Of a stretch of DNA of 64,000 bases, positions 54,489 to 62,699 are shown piece by piece. Made by a program: the position numbers and the translations under genes. The notes beneath the pieces were generated by a model. It had not been told where the DNA came from. It was given only the letters and a program-made list of their open reading frames with translations, and did not search any database. Numbering within the stretch: position 1 is the stretch's first letter; each line of letters opens with the position of its first letter. The stretch spans positions 160,001 through 224,000 of the IMG/VR virus record IMGVR_UViG_3300012642_000011. The stretch is one strand, 5' to 3'. The DNA is from a virus.

Positions 54489-56540
54489 TCAAATCTTCCA
54501 CAAATCATTCCCCTTGAAAACACCATCCTCAGTAATCACAGGAACAATAGAAATCTTCCTCTTCTGAAAAAGATTAATCGTAGCCTTCTTAGCAATAGAC
54601 TCAAGCTTCATAGCAGCACCACGTGAATGACACACCCACACAACCTTACTATAAATCCTCTCATCATCAGCATAAGCCCTCAACGTTCGCTCATAACTAG
54701 CAGCATCCTTATTAGCAATCTCCACCTCAACAGCAATAGAACGCGGAGAACCATCAGCAGCACGAGGACGTGCAATCACAAGATCAGGAACATGATAAGA
54801 AGAACGCGTCGCCCTCTGCCTAGGCAACAAAGTCCACATAAACTCATTACCCGGCATCATCTCAGGAGAAGGAATTCTAGCACGATCAGAATGAGACAAC
54901 CACGTTTTAAAATCCGCATCCATCCTATTCATGATCTTCGGACGAAAATCATCAGCAACCTCAGTACCCCTCAACCTCGTCAAAGAAGACTGAATCTGCA
55001 ACTCCGAAACCAAATTCTCACCAGAAACACGATTACCACTCACATCAATCCTGTTATCAGAAGGAAAATCATTCAAATACAACACATTCAAACCACCACT
55101 CCACAAATGAGCAGCAACATGATTCGTAGTAAACGTATGATTAAACATAGAATACGTCACACCACTCTTCAACGTCCTCTTCACATCAAGACCAGTCAAC
55201 AACATACCAGCCTCAGTCAAATACCACACACTACCAACATGATAAATCTTCTGCCTCGTCACCAAACCCTGCTTCAACAATTTACCCATTCTCAAATTAG
55301 TCTGATTCTGCTTCGTATTCACCAAAATAGAAATATTCCTCGTCGTAGCATACTTAAACATAGCCAAAAATCTCAAAACCTCAAGATCCTTCGCATTCAC
55401 ACCAGGCAACATCCTACCCTTCTTAAAAGCATCCTCACCCTCAACAATCTGCTCCAACACCCGCACAGCCCGCACACCAGAACCATCCCTCTCCAAAGCC
55501 TTCTGAGCAAACCCCCTCACATCAGGATCATTACGCAACTTATTCACAGAAGAATTCAACCTCTTAAAAAAGTCCACCTCCTGCTCAGCCAACCTCATTC
55601 TAGAACCATCAGAACGCTTCCTACGCACCCTCTTCTGAGCACCAAAAATAATCTCCGTCTCACCATCACCAGAACCAGAATCATCCTCAACAACCATCTC
55701 AAAAGCATCCCTCGACCTAAACTCAGTCTGAGAATCCTGCACGCCAACCTTCTTATGATCATCCGACACAACAACATTAGACTCTAAGAAATCATCCCGA
55801 CGAGCACTCTTCCTACTACTCTTCTTCCTCTTCTCAGTAGCAGACCTCCTAAACTCATCCAACTCCTCACGATGCACCCTAGCCTGAGGAGTCTCAGGAA
55901 CATCCTCCGACAACACATCAGCCAACACATCACGATCCACACCAATAGCAGAATCACCACTAGGATCAGAAACAGCATCAACACCAGAAACAGAAGCATC
56001 AGAAGAAATCACATCAGTAAACTCTTCATCATCCTCATCCTCAAGGAAAAAATCAGACTCCCCATCATCAGAATCATCCTCATCCTCAACAACCAAATCA
56101 GAAGACCCACCAACAACATCATCAACACTTCCCTGACCAGAAGAAACACCCACTGAATCATCAACGCCAACCAAAGCAGACCCCATAGGCAAAGAAGGCA
56201 ACGCATCACCAGAATCAGAAGAAATCACATCAGTAAACTCTTCATCATCCTCATCCTCAAGAAAGAAATCAGACTCCACATCATCAGAATCGGAAATCAA
56301 ATCACCCTCAAAATCAAAATCATCCTCATCAAAATCCTCCCCCAAAGATTCACGCATACGAGCAATCTCCTGACGCATCAAAGCATCCTGCTGCATACGA
56401 TTCTTCTCCATCTCAGCCCTCAACTGATCAGGAGTCAACACAACCTCATCATCCTCAAAAAAGAAATCAGACTCCCCATCCACAGAATCATAATCCGAAT
56501 CACCAAAAGAAGACATACCCCTAGGAATCATCACAATCAC
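54489..56540 (-). CDS. large acidic repeat protein with a C-terminal globular domain (possible wHTH + PD-(D/E)xK-like)
   Basis: Repeated DFFLEDEDDEEFTDVISSD modules; the C-terminal 330 aa is non-repetitive with ...VPDLVIARP...IAVEVEIANKD. Confidence 0.55.
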   Translation of the reverse strand: MIVMIPRGMSSFGDSDYDSVDGESDFFFEDDEVVLTPDQLRAEMEKNRMQQDALMRQEIARMRESLGEDFDEDDFDFEGDLISDSDDVESDFFLEDEDDEEFTDVISSDSGDALPSLPMGSALVGVDDSVGVSSGQGSVDDVVGGSSDLVVEDEDDSDDGESDFFLEDEDDEEFTDVISSDASVSGVDAVSDPSGDSAIGVDRDVLADVLSEDVPETPQARVHREELDEFRRSATEKRKKSSRKSARRDDFLESNVVVSDDHKKVGVQDSQTEFRSRDAFEMVVEDDSGSGDGETEIIFGAQKRVRRKRSDGSRMRLAEQEVDFFKRLNSSVNKLRNDPDVRGFAQKALERDGSGVRAVRVLEQIVEGEDAFKKGRMLPGVNAKDLEVLRFLAMFKYATTRNISILVNTKQNQTNLRMGKLLKQGLVTRQKIYHVGSVWYLTEAGMLLTGLDVKRTLKSGVTYSMFNHTFTTNHVAAHLWSGGLNVLYLNDFPSDNRIDVSGNRVSGENLVSELQIQSSLTRLRGTEVADDFRPKIMNRMDADFKTWLSHSDRARIPSPEMMPGNEFMWTLLPRQRATRSSYHVPDLVIARPRAADGSPRSIAVEVEIANKDAASYERTLRAYADDERIYSKVVWVCHSRGAAMKLESIAKKATINLFQKRKISIVPVITEDGVFKGNDLWKI

Positions 56541-56544
56541 ACCT

Positions 56545-58040
56545 CACACTAGAATCCCATATACATATAAGATCACAACAATCAACCCTGAACAAAAACA
56601 ATCCCAACAGAAAAATCCAAGATCACGTAATTGAACAGATCAATGTATTGTAACAAAAATAAACCTACCACAACGCAAAAATATACAGCGCAAACTCCAC
56701 ACCACCAACCAAAACAACACCCTCACACAACCACACCACAATACCCAAAACAGACCATCCTATACTTTAAAATAAATAAATAAAAACAGCCAACAACGCA
56801 CACTCAAGCCAACAAACCCACAACCAACATCCAAAGCACCACAATAGACAAACACCACCTACTACACCAAACCATTAAAACAATCAGTACTAAGAACACC
56901 CACACAACAATAAACTTCATAAGCACACCACAACAACCAACAACACTCAAAGACACAAGAACACAAGCACACAAGACAACCAAGCACACAAAAGAAATAC
57001 ACCAGCAGCGCACATAACCTGAGCATAGACATCAAAGCCAAACCACGATTACAAAAACACAAATCAACCCAAAGCCACGCACACACAAAACAAAAATGTA
57101 TAAATTAAAACCTAAAATCAAACATTCAAAACACCAAAACAACGCACACCAAGACTACAAAGAACACAAACAAGCGCCCAAAACCGCCAGTATAAAATCC
57201 CACAACACACAACGTGCTATACAAACCAACCCAACACAAGCACACAAAACAAACTCTTCTACACTATAAAACTACACAACCCAACCTCAATCACGCAACA
57301 CAGTCATCACAATCAAAGCCCAAAAACAAACCTCAAAGACTCCACAGCCCAACCTAAAAACCATATAACCTAAACCAAAAACAACACAACTGAACCTAAA
57401 ACTTTACAACAAGACACTACACAGACAGAAAAATAACTCATTAAAACCTTAAAACCAATCACCACAAATTTTAAACCCAAGCATCACAAACTCCAAAATG
57501 ATGCAACACAAACCTTAAACCAAGTATTAAAAACCGCATGGCACAAAATACAAACTTTAAAATCATGCCTCACAAACTTTAAAATCGCGCCTTACAAAAC
57601 CGCACCACACATATTACAAACTTTAAAACCACGCAACAGAAGACAAAACAACCACGATACAAATACATACTACAGAACACAAACACAGTCAAACCAACAC
57701 TGCAAACACACCCAAACCAATACTTTCAAACATTCAAATCAACTTCGCCAAACACCTAAACTAACACCGCCAAACAATCAACACCAATACCCAAACAACA
57801 CCCTAAAACAAAAAACAAACACTCCAAAATAAAAATCAACAATGAAAACACTACTACACCAACAATGAAAACGCTACTACTACAACCAGAAATAAATCAA
57901 AATTATCAACACCCTGTGCAAAACATGATTCCCAACCCAAAAACCCCAATAACAACACTAAAAAATAGGAAAAAATAGAAACCATTCGAAAACGAATATA
58001 AAAATAGAAACCAGGGTACAAACCAGGTTTTACTGTCAAA
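56545..58040. repeat. 1.5-kb G-depleted A/C-rich non-coding tract with embedded 22-23-nt periodic ACAAACTTTAAAAYC repeats (57455-57640)
   Basis: The + strand is almost entirely A and C with no ORF of 60 aa or more. ACAAACTTTAAAATC occurs at 57550, 57572 and 57616, with related units upstream. Confidence 0.8.
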
Positions 58041-58041
58041 A

Positions 58042-58063
58042 GATTTCAGAAGCTTCTGAAATC
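58042..58063. promoter_or_regulatory. 22-bp perfect palindrome GATTTCAGAAGCTTCTGAAATC
   Basis: Exact inverted repeat centred on AAGCTT at the junction between the A/C tract and the DnaA-box cluster. Confidence 0.6.
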
Positions 58064-58126
58064 CTTTGTATCAAAAATCATAATTATCAACAATCCCGCT
58101 CCCGCCACACCCAGAACTACTTCTTC

Positions 58127-58178
58127 TGTGGATAACTAAACAACGAATGTGGATAAGAATACTTCTACATGTGGACAA
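58127..58178. promoter_or_regulatory. cluster of three same-orientation DnaA boxes (TGTGGATAA x2, TGTGGACAA) at 21-22-bp spacing; candidate origin of replication
   Basis: TGTGGATAA at 58127 and 58148 is the reverse complement of the consensus DnaA box TTATCCACA; TGTGGACAA at 58170; a TTATCAACA variant sits at 58084. The cluster lies at the A/C to G/T strand-composition switch. Confidence 0.55.
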
Positions 58179-58399
58179 GATGTTAACACTACAACTACAA
58201 CAAACATATATACAAATACAACGACAACAAACACACCTACCACAACTACGAATACCACCACCACGAACACGATCACAGTTAACACGATGAAGACCCTCAC
58301 AGCCTTCATCACAACCAGTACACACGCTCACGCGAACACCCCCACGCGCTCAGTACACGATCTCACGATCATCACCAACCAGCACACGCTCAAGGAACA

Positions 58400-59450
58400 G
58401 TGACCTGTACATGCTGACATGGGAAGGGGTGTGCGCATACTCTTGAGAGGCATGATCACCATGGCATCGAACAGCACCCATGGGAGGGAAGGGGTGTGCG
58501 CACATGGTTGCAAGGTCAGCGTAAGAGGACAATGGTCACGTTGATCTCATGGGGTAACGGGTGTGCGCATATAGTTGGTCTGATGGCAGGGGTCACCACG
58601 TAGGTAAAGAACTCGTGAGAGGTATAAGTCAATGCGTGGTGTTGCTCGTGAGAGAGGTACTGAGTGATGACGCGTGAGCGTGGGGATGGGTGTGCGCATA
58701 CAGTTGATGGGGAGAGTTGATCGGAGAATCTCACCTCGTGGGTAAAGTAATCATGAGGAGGAGAGAACGGGTGTGCGCACACTGTTGTGAGCAGTAGGTC
58801 AGAGAAATAAAGTGGGACTATGATGAGGTAGGTTCCTCGTGAGAGGTCATCATCTGAAGAAGGGGAATCATGAGGGGGATAGTTTCCGTAGAGAACCTAA
58901 AGGGAACTCATGACGCGTGAGCGTTGATCATCACGTTGGTACAGGGGAGCAGAGCGGGTACTCATGAGGGGAACTGGGTACTCACGATGGTTGACTGTTG
59001 GAGGGTACTGATGGTTGCGGGGAGAGATCATGGAGCAGGAGAGATCATCATGAGGCAGGGAGATCACGGTGGAACAGGGAGATCACATGGTGGGCGGAGA
59101 GCGTGGAGATCAGAGCGGGGGAACTCATGGGTCAGTTGGTGGTTGGGGAGCGAGGGGAACTCATGGTATGGGAGGCTACTGTTGAGAGCGAGGGAGGTCA
59201 TGGTGGGAGCAGGAGAGGTCATGGTGGTTGCTGTTGGGAGCGGGAGCAGGGGAGGAGAGTGTGATGGGGAGATGATGATGGCTGAGGGGGAGGTGAGGAG
59301 AGGGTACTGTTGGGAGCAGGGGTGAGGGCGAGGAAGAGCATGATGGCTAGGTGAGGAGGCTGTGTGAGGTTGGGGAGGAGAGGGTGCTGGGGAGAGCGCG
59401 TGAGCGTGTGACGGGGGAGGTTGTTGGTGACGGCGCTGCGCGGGCGGTGT
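58400..59450. repeat. C-poor G-rich degenerate tandem-repeat region with five GGGTGTGCGCAYA motifs (58424-58790) and GGTCATGGTGG / ACTCATGAGG-type repeats
   Basis: GGGTGTGCGCA at 58428, 58491, 58559, 58690 and 58771; downstream many variants of GAGATCATGG, GGTCATGGTGG, GGGAGCAGG; no credible ORF. Confidence 0.7.
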
Positions 59451-59765
59451 CGTAGGTTTTTATTTTTTTGAGGGGGCTGCGCTCGCGGTGGGGGAGGTTT
59501 TTTAGGGACACAGTTTGGGGAGAGGAAATAATTTCATGGGGAGAGTAATAATTCTGGTCATGGTAGTGTATGCTGGTGTGGTGTTTTATTTCTTAGGGTG
59601 TGCTGTCGCCGTGGTCAGGTTGGAGTGTGCTGTGGGTTTGTGTTGTGTCGGCGGGGTAGTGAATTCGTGAGTTGACTTTTATTGTTCTCTGTGTGAGCAT
59701 GTTCTCTGTGTGAGCGTGGGAGATATAATTCGGTTGTTGTTGCAGTGTAGTGTTTGTAATGTGGT

Positions 59766-59810
59766 GCGACCCGCTGTTCTCCCGTGTGGGGTACTGGGCG
59801 GGCCGCTTGT
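59766..59810. repeat. conserved GC-hairpin element, copy 1 of 3 (others at 60044-60085 and 62700-62745)
   Basis: CCCGCTGTTCTCCCGTGTGGGGTACTGGGCGGG: GC stems around a conserved loop TGTYYTCYCGTGTGRGGTWCTRG; each copy lies just 3' of a minus-strand gene. Confidence 0.6.
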
Positions 59811-59820
59811 GATCGTGGGG

Positions 59821-59922
59821 TCAGGCGTCCATGTCGTCCATCTGGTCGGCAACGTAGCCGGAGCTCTTCGTGAGGAGGAAGAGGAAGATGGCGAAGTAGA
59901 GGATGATGAAGATGATTTCCAT
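59821..59922 (-). CDS. 33-aa hydrophobic peptide MEIIFIILYFAIFLFLLTKSSGYVADQMDDMDA
   Basis: Minus-strand ATG preceded by AAGGAGAACATC; single TM helix; followed 3' by hairpin copy 1. Too short for the ORF track. Confidence 0.45.
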   Translation of the reverse strand: MEIIFIILYFAIFLFLLTKSSGYVADQMDDMDA

Positions 59923-60043
59923 GATGTTCTCCTTGTGGAGTGTGGGGGTTTGGTCTCTTCCCTTGCCCTGTTGATGGTTTAATCATAGCATGGGGGACGC
60001 TCCATGCGCAAGGTGGTGTGGGAATTAATTTGTCGTGAAGTGG

Positions 60044-60085
60044 CCCGCTGTTTTCTCGTGTGAGGTACTAGGACGGGCCGCTTGC
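60044..60085. repeat. conserved GC-hairpin element, copy 2
   Basis: GGCCCGCTGTTTTCTCGTGTGAGGTACTAGGACGGGCC. Confidence 0.6.
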
Positions 60086-60165
60086 TGCCGTGGGACGGAC
60101 ATTTGTGTGCTGCTGGTTGGGTGCAGCAGTGTGTTTCCTTGTGGTTGGTGGTGTTGCCTTTGGTG

Positions 60166-60309
60166 TCAGCCGAGGTTGTTCCAGTGGGTATCGGGGGTGT
60201 GTCGGGGCTGGGTCTTGTCGTATCGCACGGTCTGGGCCTTGGGGGTGGGGTTGAGGGCGAAGAAGGATGCGATCACGAGGGTGGCGATGACGATGAGCAG
60301 GGCGGTCAT
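60166..60309 (-). CDS. 47-aa small membrane protein MTALLIVIATLVIASFFALNPTPKAQTVRYDKTQPRHTPDTHWNNLG
   Basis: Minus-strand ATG preceded by TAAGGAGAACACC; N-terminal TM helix; hairpin copy 2 downstream. Confidence 0.45.
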   Translation of the reverse strand: MTALLIVIATLVIASFFALNPTPKAQTVRYDKTQPRHTPDTHWNNLG

Positions 60310-60578
60310 GGTGTTCTCCTTAGGTGTCGTTGTTGGTTTAATCGTATCATGTGGTTTGGGTGTTGTCTATGTGTGCTGGTGTTCGTGTGTGGTTTTATTT
60401 AGGGACACAGGTTTGCGTAGTGGTGGTTTTCGGTTTAATTGTTCATGTTGAGTGTGTGCAAGTGTCCTCTCCGTGCGCAAGTGTCTTCTCCATGCTACCA
60501 CACGCACGCTTGCATATGCAGGAACGCTTGCACACGCCTCCCTGTGCAAGCGTTGTGTGGAGTGTTCTTGTGGGTGTG

Positions 60579-60899
60579 TTAGCCCATGAGGTAGTTGCTG
60601 TATGCGTTGGAGCATCGTGGGGAGCATACGCTGTCGTTTCCGGCGTCTTCTACGGAGAAGGTGTCACCGCAGTTGAGGCATTTGGCCCAGTGTTCTCCGA
60701 GGATAAGGATGCGGAGGTTGATGGCTGCGATTTCTCTGTGTTCTGGGTAATCACTGTTGAGGTTTTCTAGGGTGCTGGTGATGTGTTCTCGTTTGGGGTC
60801 GTTGGGGTCGAGGTTGTTCACGTATTCATTGATGGCGTGGTCTGTGAGGTTGGGGTGGGAGAGGAGGATGTTTACTTTGAGGTTGTTGATGCTTGTCAT
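60579..60899 (-). CDS. small zinc-ribbon protein
   Basis: CLNCGD...CSPRC (CxxC...CxxxC) in a 106-aa ORF. Confidence 0.5.
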   Translation of the reverse strand: MTSINNLKVNILLSHPNLTDHAINEYVNNLDPNDPKREHITSTLENLNSDYPEHREIAAINLRILILGEHWAKCLNCGDTFSVEDAGNDSVCSPRCSNAYSNYLMG

Positions 60900-61124
60900 T
60901 GTGTTCTTCTTTCTCTTTGTATTGATGTGATGCCGTTTTTTGTTGTGAACGTGGGTAGTGTTGTTGTTTTATCGATTTCTTCTAGTTTCTTTGTCCATTC
61001 TTGTATCTGTTGCTGGTGTTGGTTTTGGTTGGTGTGATGGTGTTCTCCCTGTTGGTGGTTTTGTTTATTGTGTCGTTTGTGTTTTCTTTTCATGTTTTAC
61101 CTAGGGGCTGTATGATTTGTGCTT

Positions 61125-61382
61125 TTAATATGCGTGTTTTATTGGGAGTGTTCCTTTTCGCATGAGTGTGGTGAAGGTCCAGATGCAGGCTAGTGTGGAT
61201 GCCAGCGGCCAGAGTGGGGCGATGATGGCGATGAGGGCACCGATTTTGCGCATGTGTAGTGAGCGGTTTGTGACGTAGTTGGTAGTGTTGCTTCCTACGC
61301 AACCAGCTACGATCCAGAGGGCTACGGTGACAATCGACCATACGGTGAGGATTGTGATGTATAGAGTGTCTGGGTTGTTCAT
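61125..61382 (-). CDS. small membrane protein
   Basis: Start set at MNNPDTLYITI directly after the stop of the upstream paralog gene with SD AAGGAAG; two TM helices. Confidence 0.5.
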   Translation of the reverse strand: MNNPDTLYITILTVWSIVTVALWIVAGCVGSNTTNYVTNRSLHMRKIGALIAIIAPLWPLASTLACIWTFTTLMRKGTLPIKHAY

Positions 61383-61384
61383 GG

Positions 61385-61846
61385 TTAGTTCTTCCTTACC
61401 TTCCATGTTCCGATGATGACTTTTTCTCGGGCGATGCATTTTCTGATTTCAGAGTCGGATGTCCATATTCCATACCAGTATCCACCTATACCGAGTACGG
61501 CTTTCTGGGTGCGCCATGTTTTTCCGCATACTACGGCTTCGATAAAGTTACGGTTATCTGCGGGGATGATGACTGTTTTTCGTGTCTGGAAGATGGTGTC
61601 AGGCTGTTTCTCGCGTCGGATTGTGAGCGTGATGCCGTCTCCTTCGCCGTAGGTGATCCATCTGCCGTCTTCGCTTCGGCACATACCATAAGCATCTCTG
61701 TGGTGGAAGATTCCTTCGCGGCGTTCGATGACGGTCATCCCGTTCACTTTTCTTTTCCACACCCATGTGAGGTGGTCTCCCAAGATGGCGTCGTTGGCTC
61801 GTGCGTTCTCGATGATCTGCATGTTCGTGTGATCTTGTGTAGTCAT
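61385..61846 (-). CDS. member A of a 3-gene paralogous family (~150 aa; N-terminal M..QTIENA...LPGD..TW)
   Basis: Shares MxxQ.IENA, LPGDH.TW, REG.AHH, WI.GG.G, TI.R, IIPA, IEAV blocks with 62000-62467 and 63186-63638. Its start overlaps the stop of the upstream small gene (ATGA). Confidence 0.6.
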   Translation of the reverse strand: MTTQDHTNMQIIENARANDAILGDHLTWVWKRKVNGMTVIERREGIFHHRDAYGMCRSEDGRWITYGEGDGITLTIRREKQPDTIFQTRKTVIIPADNRNFIEAVVCGKTWRTQKAVLGIGGYWYGIWTSDSEIRKCIAREKVIIGTWKVRKN

Positions 61847-61995
61847 TTCGTTTCCTTGACGTCGATGTGGTATGCGGCCATGATGGCTGTGATGAATGCG
61901 CAGTAGGCGGAGATTGTGTATAACTCTTGCGCTCCTGTCTTCAGGCCGATGACGACGAGGGCGAGGAGAATGAAGGTGGCTGCGATGTATTTCAT
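61843..61995 (-). CDS. 50-aa small membrane protein MKYIAATFILLALVVIGLKTGAQELYTISAYCAFITAIMAAYHIDVKETK
   Basis: Open frame between paralogs B and A; ATGA overlaps at both ends; two hydrophobic helices. Confidence 0.45.
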   Translation of the reverse strand: MKYIAATFILLALVVIGLKTGAQELYTISAYCAFITAIMAAYHIDVKETK

Positions 61996-62467
61996 GGTTC
62001 TACTTTACATGTACCGTTGATGATGTTTTCTGGGGCGACCGAGGTGTGCAGTTTATAGGATATGTCCAATTTCTTATCTGATGTGAGGATAACTTTAAAC
62101 TCTCGCCATGCTGCTTGCCATTGTCCATTGTGGTCAAGGACGGCTTCACGTGCTCTGTACTTTTTCCTTCTACCACGGCTTGGATGCGTTCATGCCCGTC
62201 AGCGGGGATGATGGCTGTCATTGGTTTTGTGGGGAGGGTTGTTTGTAGGGTTCTGTGGATGGTGAGTTCGCTTTCGCCTGCTGTGATCCATGCACCTTCT
62301 TTGTTTTTCCAGTCGCCGTTTGCGTCTTGGTGGTAGGCGGTTCCTTCGCGTTGTTGTGTGACGGTGATCATGCCATCATGGCGGGTCCGTGTCCAGATGA
62401 GGTAGTCACCGGGGAGTACGTCTTTGCATTTGGCGTTCTCGATGGTCTGTATGTTATGATTGCTCAT
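61992..62467 (-). pseudogene. member B of the paralogous family carrying a -1 frameshift at an A5 run (~62150-62160)
   Basis: The frame from ATG 62467 matches the paralogs up to ...IQAVVEGK. The conserved C-terminal block (HNGQWQAAW..., GTCKVEP-stop) continues in the -1 frame and ends in an ATGA overlap with the next gene. Confidence 0.55.
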
Positions 62468-62699
62468 TGTGCTCCTGATTATGGGAATATTTACACTACT
62501 GATCTATCCACTGTAGCATATGTGTGTCTCGTTTTCAACCCTATTGGGGATGTTTTCTTTAGGTTGCTGTGAAGTGTTCGTGACTTTGGGGTTAGGTTGC
62601 TGTGGGGACACAATGTTGGGTGTAATAATCTTGTGTTTTCGTCATGGTGTTTTATCTGTTCTGTGTACTTTGTCATCTGTGTGCTTTGTTCAATCACTA

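Noticed and set aside
54627-55787. 386-aa plus-strand ORF inside the acidic repeat gene, and similar antisense ORFs (52974-53510, 53583-54032)
   Set aside because: They lie antisense to well-supported PilT-like and acidic-protein genes. Their products are low-complexity (poly-I/R/L/H) translations typical of the reverse strand of D/E-rich coding.
58149-58403. 84-aa Thr-rich ORF (MDKNTSTCGQDVNTTTTTN...)
   Set aside because: It arises from the ACn low-complexity repeat, overlaps the DnaA boxes, and has no RBS. It is a compositional artefact.
58424-58790. Possible CRISPR array (five GGGTGTGCGCAYA repeats)
   Set aside because: Repeats are only 11-13 nt, spacing is irregular (63-130 bp), the flanks are themselves repetitive, and no cas genes are present. 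It looks more like iterons or low-complexity repeats.
58924-59325. Gly/Glu/Arg-rich ORFs in the G-rich repeat region (58924, 58998, and the 59615 minus ORF)
   Set aside because: These are low-complexity translations of degenerate tandem repeats; they overlap in several frames and have no start context.
60351-60770. 139-aa plus-strand ORF
   Set aside because: It overlaps the minus-strand zinc-ribbon gene and the GCAAGYG repeat region, and all real genes in this block are on the minus strand. Its Val/Cys-rich composition reflects the GT-rich strand.
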